Assembly (NCBI GenBank): GCA_037446635.1
Contig: JBBIIG010000011.1
Location: forward strand, 311 to 64,310
Length of the DNA: 64,000 nucleotides
Direction of reading: 5' to 3'
Origin: a bacterium
Lineage (GTDB): Bacteria; Zhuqueibacterota; Zhuqueibacteria; Oceanimicrobiales; Oceanimicrobiaceae
A model generated the notes under the pieces. It had not been told where the DNA came from and searched no databases. It saw only the letters and a list, made by a program, of their open reading frames with translations. Below are positions 45,820 through 54,794 of this stretch, piece by piece. A program made the translations under genes and the position numbers. Positions within the stretch are counted from its first letter, which is position 1; every line of letters starts with the position of its first letter.

Positions 45820-46779
45820 ATGCCGCTGAATCAACCCTTGAACCTCGCCTTCCTCGGCTGCGGCTTCGCCACCCGGCTGCACAGCAAAACTCTGTCGAAG
45901 TTTGGAACTGAAGTGCGCCGTTTTTACGCCAGCCGCAACGCCGCGAAGGCAGCGGAATACAATCGCAAATTGGGCGGTAGCGGAACGTTCGCTTCCTACG
46001 AAGCCGCCATGCAAGCAAACGAAATTGACATCGTGCTGGTGGCCACGCCGCCGGCGCAGCATCTCGAGCAGACGCTTTCGGCGTTGAAAGCCGGCAAACA
46101 CGTCATCGTCGAGAAACCGCCGTTTCTGCGCGCCAGCGATTTTGAGGTCGTTCGCAATGCTGCAAAAGCAGCCAGGAAAAAAATTTTCATCGCGGAAAAC
46201 TATTTTTACAAACCGCTGGCGATGAAGCTGCGTGCGCTGATAAAATCCGGCGTGATTGCTGAGCCGCTGTTCATTCACGTGAATGCCTTGAAAGAACAGC
46301 GCATCAAAGACTGGCGCGGCGATCTCAGTTTATCGGGCGGCGGCGCGCTGTTCGAGGGCGGCATCCACTGGATCAATTTCATCGCCAATTTGGGTTGGGA
46401 GATCAAATCCGTGAGTGGCCTCCGACCCGGTCCGAAAACGGAATTCGAGAAAAGCATTTTGGTCAGCATTGAGTATGAAGACGGACCAGTGGGAGCGTTG
46501 TATTATTCTTGGGAAACGCCGTCGCTGTTCAAAGGCTTGCGGCTGTCGAAAATCTACGGGCGCGCCGGCAGCATTACGTTTGAGTCCAACGGCGTTTTCG
46601 TTTTTGTGAGAGGGAAGAAAAAGCAATTGATGTTTCCGGGCTTTAGTGACATCGCTGGATACAAAGGTATGTTCGCCGATTTTATAAAGTCGATACGCGA
46701 AAACGTTGAGCCGCAATTCACACTCGATTTGGCAGAACGAGATTTGAAATTGATTGAAATGATTTATGCAAGTATGTAG
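45820..46779 (+). CDS. Gfo/Idh/MocA oxidoreductase
   Basis: LGCG, ATPP..H, GKHVIVEKP, GGGALFEGGIH. Confidence 0.92.
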   Translation: MPLNQPLNLAFLGCGFATRLHSKTLSKFGTEVRRFYASRNAAKAAEYNRKLGGSGTFASYEAAMQANEIDIVLVATPPAQHLEQTLSALKAGKHVIVEKPPFLRASDFEVVRNAAKAARKKIFIAENYFYKPLAMKLRALIKSGVIAEPLFIHVNALKEQRIKDWRGDLSLSGGGALFEGGIHWINFIANLGWEIKSVSGLRPGPKTEFEKSILVSIEYEDGPVGALYYSWETPSLFKGLRLSKIYGRAGSITFESNGVFVFVRGKKKQLMFPGFSDIAGYKGMFADFIKSIRENVEPQFTLDLAERDLKLIEMIYASM

Positions 46780-46837
46780 TAGCGCCTCCAGGAACGACGT
46801 GTTCAATAAATATTAGAGTGCCTGCAGGCACTACTAC
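46776..46837. repeat. GTAG-ended REP doublet
   Basis: GTAGTAGCGCCTCCAGG...GCCTGCAGGCACTACTAC. Confidence 0.6.
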
Positions 46838-46864
46838 CAACAAATAATGGAGGGATTTCAACTG

Positions 46865-47686
46865 ATGGAATTACTGATTGCACTGATGGTCGGCCTCGTT
46901 GCCGGACTCCACACCTCAACCTGGGGCATGTACAAAGACGCGCCCTACGAAGGCTTCACCTGGCCGAAATATTTTCGCAGCACCCTCATCAGCGGCATGG
47001 TGGCGGTGGCGGTGACGCTGGTGACGAAACTCGACACCACCAACATCGCAAACCTGGTTGTGCTGTATGGGTTCACGTATGTCATCGAGCGCGCCATGGT
47101 GGAATTTTATAAAACCTTCCTGCGCGTGGAAGACCAATCGAAATATTTCATCCCGATGCAGTTCAGCGTGCAGGGCAATGTGGTGAAAAGCCGCGCCGTG
47201 CAGTTGTCCGCCGGCGCCCTCTACATGACCGGCGTGCTGCTGGGAGTTTATGGCATTTACTATTTGCAGAAGATCGATTTCCAGCCCACGGGCGTGGGCA
47301 CGGTACTCATCATTGGCAGCATTGGCGGCTGGATTTCCGCCTTCGGCGGCGCCTGGAAAGACGCGCCCAAAGAGGGCTTCCAGATTTTGAAATTTTTCCG
47401 CAGCCCGATCATTTCACTGATTTACGCGTTTATGCTGGCCAACTTCACCGATAATTACTTGTTCATCGCCATGGGCGCGCTGGGATACACCGTCGGCACC
47501 ATCGAGACTTACAAAACCTTTTTCTTCCCCAGCAAGCCGCGCGGCAAATTCGCCGGCAAAGAGATCAAATTTCCGGAGATGCTGCAGCGGCGGCAATATT
47601 TTGTGCCGTTGTACGTTGCCATCTGGGCGGCGGTGCTCACAGGCATGGTCGTTGCTTTCATGCAACCGCACCAGGGTTTGATTTAA
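46865..47686 (+). CDS. Uncharacterised membrane protein made of two homologous halves
   Basis: WGMYKDAPYEGF..KYFRS / GGAWKDAPKEGF..KFFRS; EFYKTF / ETYKTF. Confidence 0.8.
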   Translation: MELLIALMVGLVAGLHTSTWGMYKDAPYEGFTWPKYFRSTLISGMVAVAVTLVTKLDTTNIANLVVLYGFTYVIERAMVEFYKTFLRVEDQSKYFIPMQFSVQGNVVKSRAVQLSAGALYMTGVLLGVYGIYYLQKIDFQPTGVGTVLIIGSIGGWISAFGGAWKDAPKEGFQILKFFRSPIISLIYAFMLANFTDNYLFIAMGALGYTVGTIETYKTFFFPSKPRGKFAGKEIKFPEMLQRRQYFVPLYVAIWAAVLTGMVVAFMQPHQGLI

Positions 47687-47712
47687 ACAATTCCAGCGCC
47701 TCCCAATTTAAT

Positions 47713-47782
47713 TTAGGAATCCTAATAAAAAAATCTTGACATTCAGTTTAGGGTTTTTATATTAACTGCTTAGGATTCCTAA
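47713..47782 (+). promoter_or_regulatory. sigma70 promoter flanked by two palindromic operators
   Basis: TTAGGAATCCTAA (47713-47725), TTGACA (47736), TATATT (47758), TTAGGATTCCTAA (47770-47782). Confidence 0.7.
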
Positions 47783-47819
47783 TTAAATATTAACCATCAA
47801 AGTTTGGGAGGTGCGAACT

Positions 47820-48314
47820 ATGCTAAAACTCAATCACTCTGGCGTTTCAGCCGCTGCAATCGTTGCAATGTTTGCGCTTGCCTGGATGCCGTGGGCGGAT
47901 CACCATCAGGTGGACTACCCCGAAGGTTACCGCTCGTGGCCGCACGTCAAATCCATGGTCTTGCAGGAAGGCCATCCGCTTTATGAATCGTTCGGCGGCA
48001 TTCATCATGTTTACGCCAACGAGAAAGCACTAGCCGCGATGAAGGCGGGCAAGGCCTATCCGGACGGCGCCGTGCTGGTTTTCGATCTTTTGGAAGCAAA
48101 GGCGGAAAACAACGCCGTTGTCGAAGGCGCGCGCAAAGTGGTGGGCGTGATGCAAAAGGATTCCAAAAAGTTTGCTGCCACCGGCGGCTGGGGCTACGAG
48201 GGCTTCAAAGGCGACACCCAGGAGCGCCTGGTGACGGACATGCAGACCGCCTGCCATTCCTGCCATGCCGCGCAAAAGGATCAGGACTACGTGTTCAGCA
48301 CGTACCGCCAATGA
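47820..48314 (+). CDS. Cytochrome P460 / c'-beta family protein (Phe at the cross-link position)
   Basis: YPEGYRSW, HHVYAN, YPDGAVLVFD, GGWGY, CHSCH, DYVF. Confidence 0.85.
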   Translation: MLKLNHSGVSAAAIVAMFALAWMPWADHHQVDYPEGYRSWPHVKSMVLQEGHPLYESFGGIHHVYANEKALAAMKAGKAYPDGAVLVFDLLEAKAENNAVVEGARKVVGVMQKDSKKFAATGGWGYEGFKGDTQERLVTDMQTACHSCHAAQKDQDYVFSTYRQ

Positions 48315-48700
48315 AGCGGCTGATCTGGCTTGCGGGCGGCGCGGTGGTCTTTTTGGCTTTCGTGATTTTCTGCAAAGATTTTAATCGCGCCGCCGGTACA
48401 GCGGCGTTGAATCCAAACGACCTCGCCGCCGGTGCCAGCCTCTATGGCAGTTGGGGCTGCGCCACCTGCCACGGCGAAAGCGGCCGCGGCACGGCTAAAG
48501 GACCAGCGCTGGTGGAATTGTCGCGCAACTGGGAAATACAAATGCTCGCGGCGTATCTGCAAAATCCGCAGGCAGTACGCGCGCGTGATAAGCGGCTGCA
48601 GATGTTGTCGCAACGGTATTTCCCGCTGTCCATGCCAGCGGTGGAATTGCCGGCCGCCGATCGCAAAAAGCTGGCGGCCTATTTGCTTTCGCTAGAGTGA
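48311..48700 (+). CDS. Monoheme class I cytochrome c
   Basis: CATCHG, GPAL, distal MP; ATGA overlap. Confidence 0.85.
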   Translation: MKRLIWLAGGAVVFLAFVIFCKDFNRAAGTAALNPNDLAAGASLYGSWGCATCHGESGRGTAKGPALVELSRNWEIQMLAAYLQNPQAVRARDKRLQMLSQRYFPLSMPAVELPAADRKKLAAYLLSLE

Positions 48701-48707
48701 CTCACTG

Positions 48708-48742
48708 AACCTTGCGAAGATTCACAACCTTCGCAAGGTTTT
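48708..48742. repeat. REP-like hairpin / possible terminator
   Basis: AACCTTGCGAAG...CTTCGCAAGGTT followed by TTT. Confidence 0.55.
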
Positions 48743-48767
48743 TAAAAAGATTAAAAAGAACAAGTCC

Positions 48768-49382
48768 ATGAAATCCATTTTCAACCTCGATCATCAGCAC
48801 GAAGACCTCGACAGTAAAATTGCCGCCGCCCTCGAACGGCTATCGCAAGCGTTCCGGGTTTTGCTGTGGGAGAAAACCAAAAACTACAACCTCAGCCCCA
48901 TTCAAATTCAGATGCTGGTTTTTCTTTTGTATCACCAAAACATTGCCACGGTGGGGCAACTGGCGCGGGAGTTCAGCCTTACCCCGGCGACGGTAAGCGA
49001 TGCCATCAGCTCACTGGAACAAAAAAATCTCGCGGCGCGCCAGCAAAGCGAAAACGACCGCCGCAGCATTGCCGTGACCCTCACCAGCGAGGGCAAAAAG
49101 ATGGCGCGCAAGCTTTCCACCTGGGCCAACGTCGTTCACGAAAACATCGCGGCGTTTGACGCGCGCGACAAGTTGGTGGTGATGAATTTTCTCATGCGCC
49201 TCATCGAAAGCTTGCAGCAAGCCGGCGTCATCACCGTGGCGAGAATGTGCATCACCTGCAAATTCTTCCAACCCAATGCGCATCTCAAAACTGATGCGCC
49301 CCACCATTGCCTGTTGTTAGACAAACCGCTCGCCCACCACGCCCTTCGCCTCGACTGCCCCGAGCACGAAAGCAAAAATTAA
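48768..49382 (+). CDS. MarR-family regulator with C-terminal 4-Cys cluster
   Basis: wHTH (TVSDAISSLEQK, DRRS..LT..G); RMCITC..HHC..DCPEH. Confidence 0.88.
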   Translation: MKSIFNLDHQHEDLDSKIAAALERLSQAFRVLLWEKTKNYNLSPIQIQMLVFLLYHQNIATVGQLAREFSLTPATVSDAISSLEQKNLAARQQSENDRRSIAVTLTSEGKKMARKLSTWANVVHENIAAFDARDKLVVMNFLMRLIESLQQAGVITVARMCITCKFFQPNAHLKTDAPHHCLLLDKPLAHHALRLDCPEHESKN

Positions 49383-49385
49383 TTG

Positions 49386-49414
49386 TTGACATCCTGCGCC
49401 CACTTTGATATAAT
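49386..49414 (+). promoter_or_regulatory. Consensus sigma70 promoter
   Basis: TTGACA-N17-TATAAT. Confidence 0.75.
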
Positions 49415-49475
49415 CACAACCATAATCCACACCGATCAAAAACTTCCGTTTCATCCACCCAATTGGGAAGGTCGA

Positions 49476-52124
49476 ATGCTGCGAACTACTGAACACCAAC
49501 GGCTCGCCGACTCCGAAGCCCGCGTCGCCGATTGGAAAAACTGGGGACCGTATTTAGCCGAACGCGCCTGGGGTACGGTGCGCGAAGATTACAGCGCCGA
49601 CGGCGCGGCCTGGGATTATTTCCCGCATGAACACGCCCGCAGCCGGGCGTACCGCTGGAACGAGGACGGCCTCGGCGGATTTTGCAATCGTTTTCAAAAT
49701 ATTTGTATGGCAGTGGCGCTTTGGAACGAACGCGATCCAATATTAAAAGAGCGGCTGTTCGGACTCAGCGGCCCGCAGGGCAACCACGGCGAGGACGTCA
49801 AAGAATATTATTTTTATCTCGATGGCACGCCGACGCATTCCTACATGAAAATGCTCTACAAGTATCCACAGGTGGAATTTCCATACGCTGAGTTAATTGC
49901 AGAAAACCGCCGCCGCGGCCGCGATGCCGACGAGTTCGAGCTGTTCGACGCCCTGCACAGGGCTTTCGAGCAAAACCGCTACTTTGATATTTTTATCGAA
50001 TACGCCAAAGCCGATGAGGAAGATATTCTGTGCCGCATCACCGCGGTGAATCGTGGCCCCGAGCCGGCACCGATTTATGTTCTGCCCCAGCTTTGGTTTC
50101 GCAACACCTGGTCGTGGGGCTACCGTCTCGAGCGTCCGCAACTGCGCCGCGACGGCGACGCGGTGCTGGCCGAGCATCGCCACCTCGGCAAACGTTTCTG
50201 GTACGCGGGTTCGGAAAATCAAACGCCGGAATTTCTTTTCACCGAAAACGAAACCAACTTTGAACGTTTGTACGGCGTCGCCAATTCATCTCCGTTTGTG
50301 AAAGACAGCATCCACGACGCCGTGGTGCAGCGACAAAATCAGCTGGTTAATCCCGAACAGCGCGGCACCAAAGTCGCCGCAAAATTTTTTGATCGCGTCC
50401 CGGCTGGAGAAAACTTCGTCGTGAAAGTTCGATTCGCCGATTCAAAAAAAGAAAACCCGTTTGCGGATTTCGACGACGTCTTCGATCAGCGCATCGGTGA
50501 AGCCGATGAATTTTACGCCGCGGTTCAAAATCCTAAATTAAGCGCGGACGAAAAGCTTGTGCAGCGCCAGGCGTTTGCCGGACTTTTGTGGAGCAAACAG
50601 TTTTATCACTACGGCGTGCAAATGTGGCTCGACGGCGACCCGGGCCAGCCCCCGCCGCCGGCTTCACGCAAAAATGGCCGCAACAAAGATTGGACGCATC
50701 TCTACACCCTCGATGTGCTTTCGATGCCGGACAAGTGGGAGTACCCGTGGTTTGCGGCGTGGGATTTAGCGTTTCACTGTTTGCCGCTGGCGCTGGTGGA
50801 TGCGGAGTGGGCGAAGCGCCAGCTCACTCTGCTTTTGCGCGAGTGGTACATGCATCCCAACGGACAGATTCCGGCGTATGAGTGGGCCTTCGGCGACGTC
50901 AATCCGCCGGTGCATGCCTGGGCCGTGTGGCGGGTTTATAAAATCACCCGCAACCTCACGGGCAAGGCCGACAGCCATTTTCTCGAAAGCGCGTTTCACA
51001 AACTACTGCTCAATTTCACCTGGTGGGTGAATCGCAAAGATGCTGACGGTAAAAATATTTTTCAGGGCGGATTTTTGGGACTCGACAACATCGGCGTGTT
51101 TGACCGCAGCGCGCCGCTGCCCACCGGCGGCCACCTCGAACAGGCCGATAGCACCGCCTGGATGGGCATGTACTGCCTCAACATGCTGGCGATAGCGCTG
51201 GAGTTGGCGCGCACCAATCCAGCTTACGAAGACGTGGCGACGAAATTTTTCGAGCACTTCATTTACATTGCCCACGCCATCAATCACCTCGGCGATGGCA
51301 TGAGTTTGTGGGATCCCGAAGATCACTTTTTTTACGACGCCCTGCACACGCCCAACCACCCGCCGATTCGCTTAAAAGTGCGCTCGCTGGTAGGGCTGAT
51401 CCCGTTATTTGCGGTGGAAACCATTGAGCCGGACGTGCTGGAACGTCTGCCGCGCTTTCGCCGGCGCATGGAGTGGTTCATCCAATATCGGCCACAACTG
51501 GTGGCGGGTATCGCTTCGCTCACCGAGCCCGGCGAAAGCCAGCGCCGCCTGCTTTCCATTGTCAATCGCGAGCAGTTGCAACAAATTTTGCCGCGCATGC
51601 TGGACCCGATGCAGTTTCTTTCGGAGTACGGGCTGCGCTCGCTGTCGTGGCAGCATCTCCACGAGCCGTACACCTTTCGCGTCGACGGCGAAGTTTACAC
51701 CGTGAGTTACGAACCCGCAGAGTCGCGCAGCGGATTGTTTGGCGGCAACTCCAACTGGCGGGGACCGATTTGGTTTCCGCTCAATTTTTTGATGATCGAA
51801 TCGCTGCAGAAATATTATCACTACTACGGCGACGCCCTGAAAGCGGAGATGCCGCGTTACTCCGGCCAGCAGCGCACGCTCGATGAAATCGCAACGGAGT
51901 TATCGCGGCGGTTGGTGAAGATTTTTCTGAGAGATGAAAAAAACAGCGGCCGACGGCCGGTGTTTGGAGAGAATTCCTATTTTCAAACCGATCCGCACTG
52001 GCGGGATTGCATTCCGTTTTACGAATATTTTCACGGCGACAGCGGCGCCGGCCTCGGCGCCAGCCACCAAACCGGCTGGACCGCGCTAGTGGTGAAGCTC
52101 TTGCAGCAAAGCGGAGGTAAGTGA
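49476..52124 (+). CDS. GH63 / MGH1-like glucosidase
   Basis: [56 protein letters not shown]. Confidence 0.9.
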   Translation: MLRTTEHQRLADSEARVADWKNWGPYLAERAWGTVREDYSADGAAWDYFPHEHARSRAYRWNEDGLGGFCNRFQNICMAVALWNERDPILKERLFGLSGPQGNHGEDVKEYYFYLDGTPTHSYMKMLYKYPQVEFPYAELIAENRRRGRDADEFELFDALHRAFEQNRYFDIFIEYAKADEEDILCRITAVNRGPEPAPIYVLPQLWFRNTWSWGYRLERPQLRRDGDAVLAEHRHLGKRFWYAGSENQTPEFLFTENETNFERLYGVANSSPFVKDSIHDAVVQRQNQLVNPEQRGTKVAAKFFDRVPAGENFVVKVRFADSKKENPFADFDDVFDQRIGEADEFYAAVQNPKLSADEKLVQRQAFAGLLWSKQFYHYGVQMWLDGDPGQPPPPASRKNGRNKDWTHLYTLDVLSMPDKWEYPWFAAWDLAFHCLPLALVDAEWAKRQLTLLLREWYMHPNGQIPAYEWAFGDVNPPVHAWAVWRVYKITRNLTGKADSHFLESAFHKLLLNFTWWVNRKDADGKNIFQGGFLGLDNIGVFDRSAPLPTGGHLEQADSTAWMGMYCLNMLAIALELARTNPAYEDVATKFFEHFIYIAHAINHLGDGMSLWDPEDHFFYDALHTPNHPPIRLKVRSLVGLIPLFAVETIEPDVLERLPRFRRRMEWFIQYRPQLVAGIASLTEPGESQRRLLSIVNREQLQQILPRMLDPMQFLSEYGLRSLSWQHLHEPYTFRVDGEVYTVSYEPAESRSGLFGGNSNWRGPIWFPLNFLMIESLQKYYHYYGDALKAEMPRYSGQQRTLDEIATELSRRLVKIFLRDEKNSGRRPVFGENSYFQTDPHWRDCIPFYEYFHGDSGAGLGASHQTGWTALVVKLLQQSGGK

Positions 52125-52193
52125 ACTGCAAGAGATGGCGACAGGAGTGTCGGCTATCCGCAGGAATACAAGTTAGCAACGATCATCTGACGA

Positions 52194-52556
52194 TTACTCC
52201 TCCCGGTGCACCGTCTCCATCGAAAATGCCGGCAGGCACACCGCGATGTACTCCGCGCCTTCCGGGCCGGGGGTGCTGTATTGCACCCACTCTCCTTCCT
52301 GCACGATCACCGCTTCGCCGGCGTTGACATCAAAAATCAGATCCTTTGAAGTCACTCGCAGCATCCCCTTCAAAACTACTGTGTACTCATCGAACTCCGG
52401 CGTTTGTCCGGGTTCAATCCAGCCGCTGGGACTTTTCATGCGGGCAATGCTCACTCGCAGAGTGCCGGTGTTTTCGCGCCCGATGAATTCTTCGATCAAT
52501 TTGGGCTGGTTGCCCGCCGCCTGAATGATCGCCGGCGCGTTGATCTTGATTGGCAT
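52194..52556 (-). CDS. Cupin domain protein (EutQ-like)
   Basis: KLIEEFIGR, EPGQTPEFDEY, YIAVCLPAF; GGGAG-like RBS before MPIK. Confidence 0.85.
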   Translation of the reverse strand: MPIKINAPAIIQAAGNQPKLIEEFIGRENTGTLRVSIARMKSPSGWIEPGQTPEFDEYTVVLKGMLRVTSKDLIFDVNAGEAVIVQEGEWVQYSTPGPEGAEYIAVCLPAFSMETVHREE

Positions 52557-52790
52557 AGAATCCCTCCAGTTTTTGTATTCATAAAAAGACGAATTTGTTG
52601 TAAATATATTCCTCAAAAACCAATTGAGACAAGATTTTCTTTGGCGATGTTCTATTTCCTCAGCGTTCATCTGCGAAATCTGCTCTACGAATTTTTGACT
52701 CATCGCTGTCCGAGAATCATGTTGCTTTTTGAGCGCGATTCGATTACTTTTTAACCCGAGGTCGGTCATTAGTTAGCAGGAGATATAATC

Positions 52791-53018
52791 ATGCCAACAA
52801 CCGAACAAGTGCCGCTGTCTCAGTTAGAAAAAATGCTGCGCAAACTCAATCTGCCGGGCGATACCCGAGTGACAGTGAGATTTGATGATGATGAAGCCGC
52901 TGAAAAAGTTCTAAAGCGGAAAAGAGCATTAGAAGCCATGAAAAAGCTGAGAGGCTCTGGAAATGGAAGGCTACTCGAAACCCTGCTCAAAGAACGTGAG
53001 AAGGATAAATCGCGGTGA
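52791..53018 (+). CDS. Putative antitoxin of the PIN toxin
   Basis: AGGAG RBS; 75 aa; GTGA overlap with the PIN gene. Confidence 0.65.
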   Translation: MPTTEQVPLSQLEKMLRKLNLPGDTRVTVRFDDDEAAEKVLKRKRALEAMKKLRGSGNGRLLETLLKEREKDKSR

Positions 53019-53439
53019 AAAAATACGTGCTGGATACATCAGCGCTTTTTGCCTACATTGAGAATGAAGATGGAGTTGAACAAGTCGAGTCTCTTTTTGA
53101 GCAAGCGATCAATGAAAAGATAGAACTCTATGTTTCAGAAGTTGCAGTCATTGAAGTCTTTTATGTTTCATTGAGCGAACAAGGTGAGAAAATTGCAAAT
53201 GAACGCTGGCGGCTGATAAATGACTTGCAACTCAACCGTGAGCCGCTTGACGATAGATGACAAAGATTGTTGGACGAATCAAATCCAACTATGTAATGTC
53301 ATTCGCCGATTGTTGCATAGCAGGTTTAGCAAAATTAAAGAAAGCAACACTCGTCCATAAAGATCCGGAATTCGAGCAGATCGAAAAAGAAATTAAACAG
53401 TTAAAATTACCTTATAAACAAAAGACGCGGGTTAGTTAA
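53015..53439 (+). pseudogene. vapC: VapC/PIN toxin split by a 1-nt frameshift near 53255
   Basis: YVLDTSAL...E in the first ORF; SFADC...VHKDPEF in the second. Confidence 0.8.
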
Positions 53440-53446
53440 AAATTAA

Positions 53447-54769
53447 ATGACCCTCTTCGACCAACAAGCCAAAGAAGACTTGGCCAAATCGACACCGCTG
53501 GCCGACCGCCTGCGCCCGAAAGCGCTGGCGGAGTTTGTAGGCCAGCAGCATCTCGTTGGCGAAGGCAAAATTCTGCGGCGCGCCATCGAGAACGATGAGT
53601 TGGTGTCGATGATTTTTTGGGGACCGCCGGGCGTGGGCAAAACCACGCTGGCGCAAATTATCGCGCACGAAACCAGGTCGGATTTTTTTACGCTGAACGC
53701 CGTCTCTTCCGGCGTTGCGGAAGTTCGGAAGGTTTTAGAGAAAGCCGCCGTCAATCGCAAGCTGGCCAAGCGCACAATTCTGTTCATCGACGAAATTCAC
53801 CGCTTCAACAAAGCCCAGCAGGACGCGCTGCTGCACGCGGTGGAAGACGGCACCGTGCTGCTCATCGGCGCGACGACGGAGAATCCTTCGTTCGAAGTTA
53901 TTTCGGCGCTGCTGTCGCGCTGCCGGGTGTATCAACTTTTCTCATTTTCGGAAGAAGAGCTAGCGGCGGTGATCGAGCGCGCGCTCATTGCCGATGAAAT
54001 TTTGCAAAAAGAAAACGTCTTTTTGGAAGATGCGGCGAGAAAAAGCCTCATTCATCTTTCCGGCGGCGACGCCCGCGTGGCGCTCAATGCGCTGGAACTG
54101 GCGGTGAAGTTAGCGCCCCAATCCGCGGACGGCCAGAAGCGCATCGACGTAAAATTGGTGCAGGAGGCAATGCAGCGCAAGACGCCGATTTACGACAAGA
54201 AAGGCGACGCTCACTACGACACCATTTCCGCGTTCATCAAAAGCGTGCGCGGCTCGGATCCCAACGGCGCGCTGCACTGGCTGGCGCGCATGATCGACGC
54301 CGGCGAGGATCCGAAATTCATCGCGCGGCGGCTGATCATTCTCGCTTCCGAAGACATTGGCAACGCCGACCCGCAGGCGCTGGTGCTGGCGACCGCGGCG
54401 TTCACCGCGGTGACGTATATTGGAATGCCGGAAGGCGCGCTGGTGTTGGCGCAGGCCACCACCTACCTCGCCTCCGCGCCCAAAAGCAACGCCTCGTACA
54501 AAGCGATTGCTGCCGCTTTGGACGATGTGCGCGGCCAGCCGCTGGAGCCGGTGCCGCTGCATCTTCGCAACGCGCCCACGCCGCTCATGAAAAACATCGG
54601 CTACTCCGACGGCTACCTCTATCCCCACGATTACGATCAGAATTTTGTCCAACAGGATTATTTGCCCGCGGGTTTGAAAGAGCGCGTGTATTATCAACCC
54701 ACAGAAAATGGATTTGAGAAAAATTTTAAGGAACGGCTGGCGCGATTGTGGGCGAAGTACAAGAAGTAA
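53447..54769 (+). CDS. rarA: Replication-associated recombination protein A
   Basis: PLADRLRP, GPPGVGKT, DEIHRFNKAQQD, ISAFIKSVRGSD. Confidence 0.95.
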   Translation: MTLFDQQAKEDLAKSTPLADRLRPKALAEFVGQQHLVGEGKILRRAIENDELVSMIFWGPPGVGKTTLAQIIAHETRSDFFTLNAVSSGVAEVRKVLEKAAVNRKLAKRTILFIDEIHRFNKAQQDALLHAVEDGTVLLIGATTENPSFEVISALLSRCRVYQLFSFSEEELAAVIERALIADEILQKENVFLEDAARKSLIHLSGGDARVALNALELAVKLAPQSADGQKRIDVKLVQEAMQRKTPIYDKKGDAHYDTISAFIKSVRGSDPNGALHWLARMIDAGEDPKFIARRLIILASEDIGNADPQALVLATAAFTAVTYIGMPEGALVLAQATTYLASAPKSNASYKAIAAALDDVRGQPLEPVPLHLRNAPTPLMKNIGYSDGYLYPHDYDQNFVQQDYLPAGLKERVYYQPTENGFEKNFKERLARLWAKYKK

Positions 54770-54791
54770 CACAACATTAATGTTGTGTTAC
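54766..54791. repeat. GTAA-type REP palindrome
   Basis: Perfect 26-bp GTAACACAACATTAATGTTGTGTTAC; contains the rarA TAA. Confidence 0.7.
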
Positions 54792-54794
54792 GAG

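Noticed and set aside
47820..48314. Hydroxylamine-oxidising cytochrome P460 implying nitrification
   Set aside because: Cross-link Lys is replaced by Phe; no amo/hao genes in the window.
52557..52769. 70-aa N-terminal extension of the cupin
   Set aside because: Good RBS at the MPIK start; the extension is AT-rich and overlaps the likely TA promoter.
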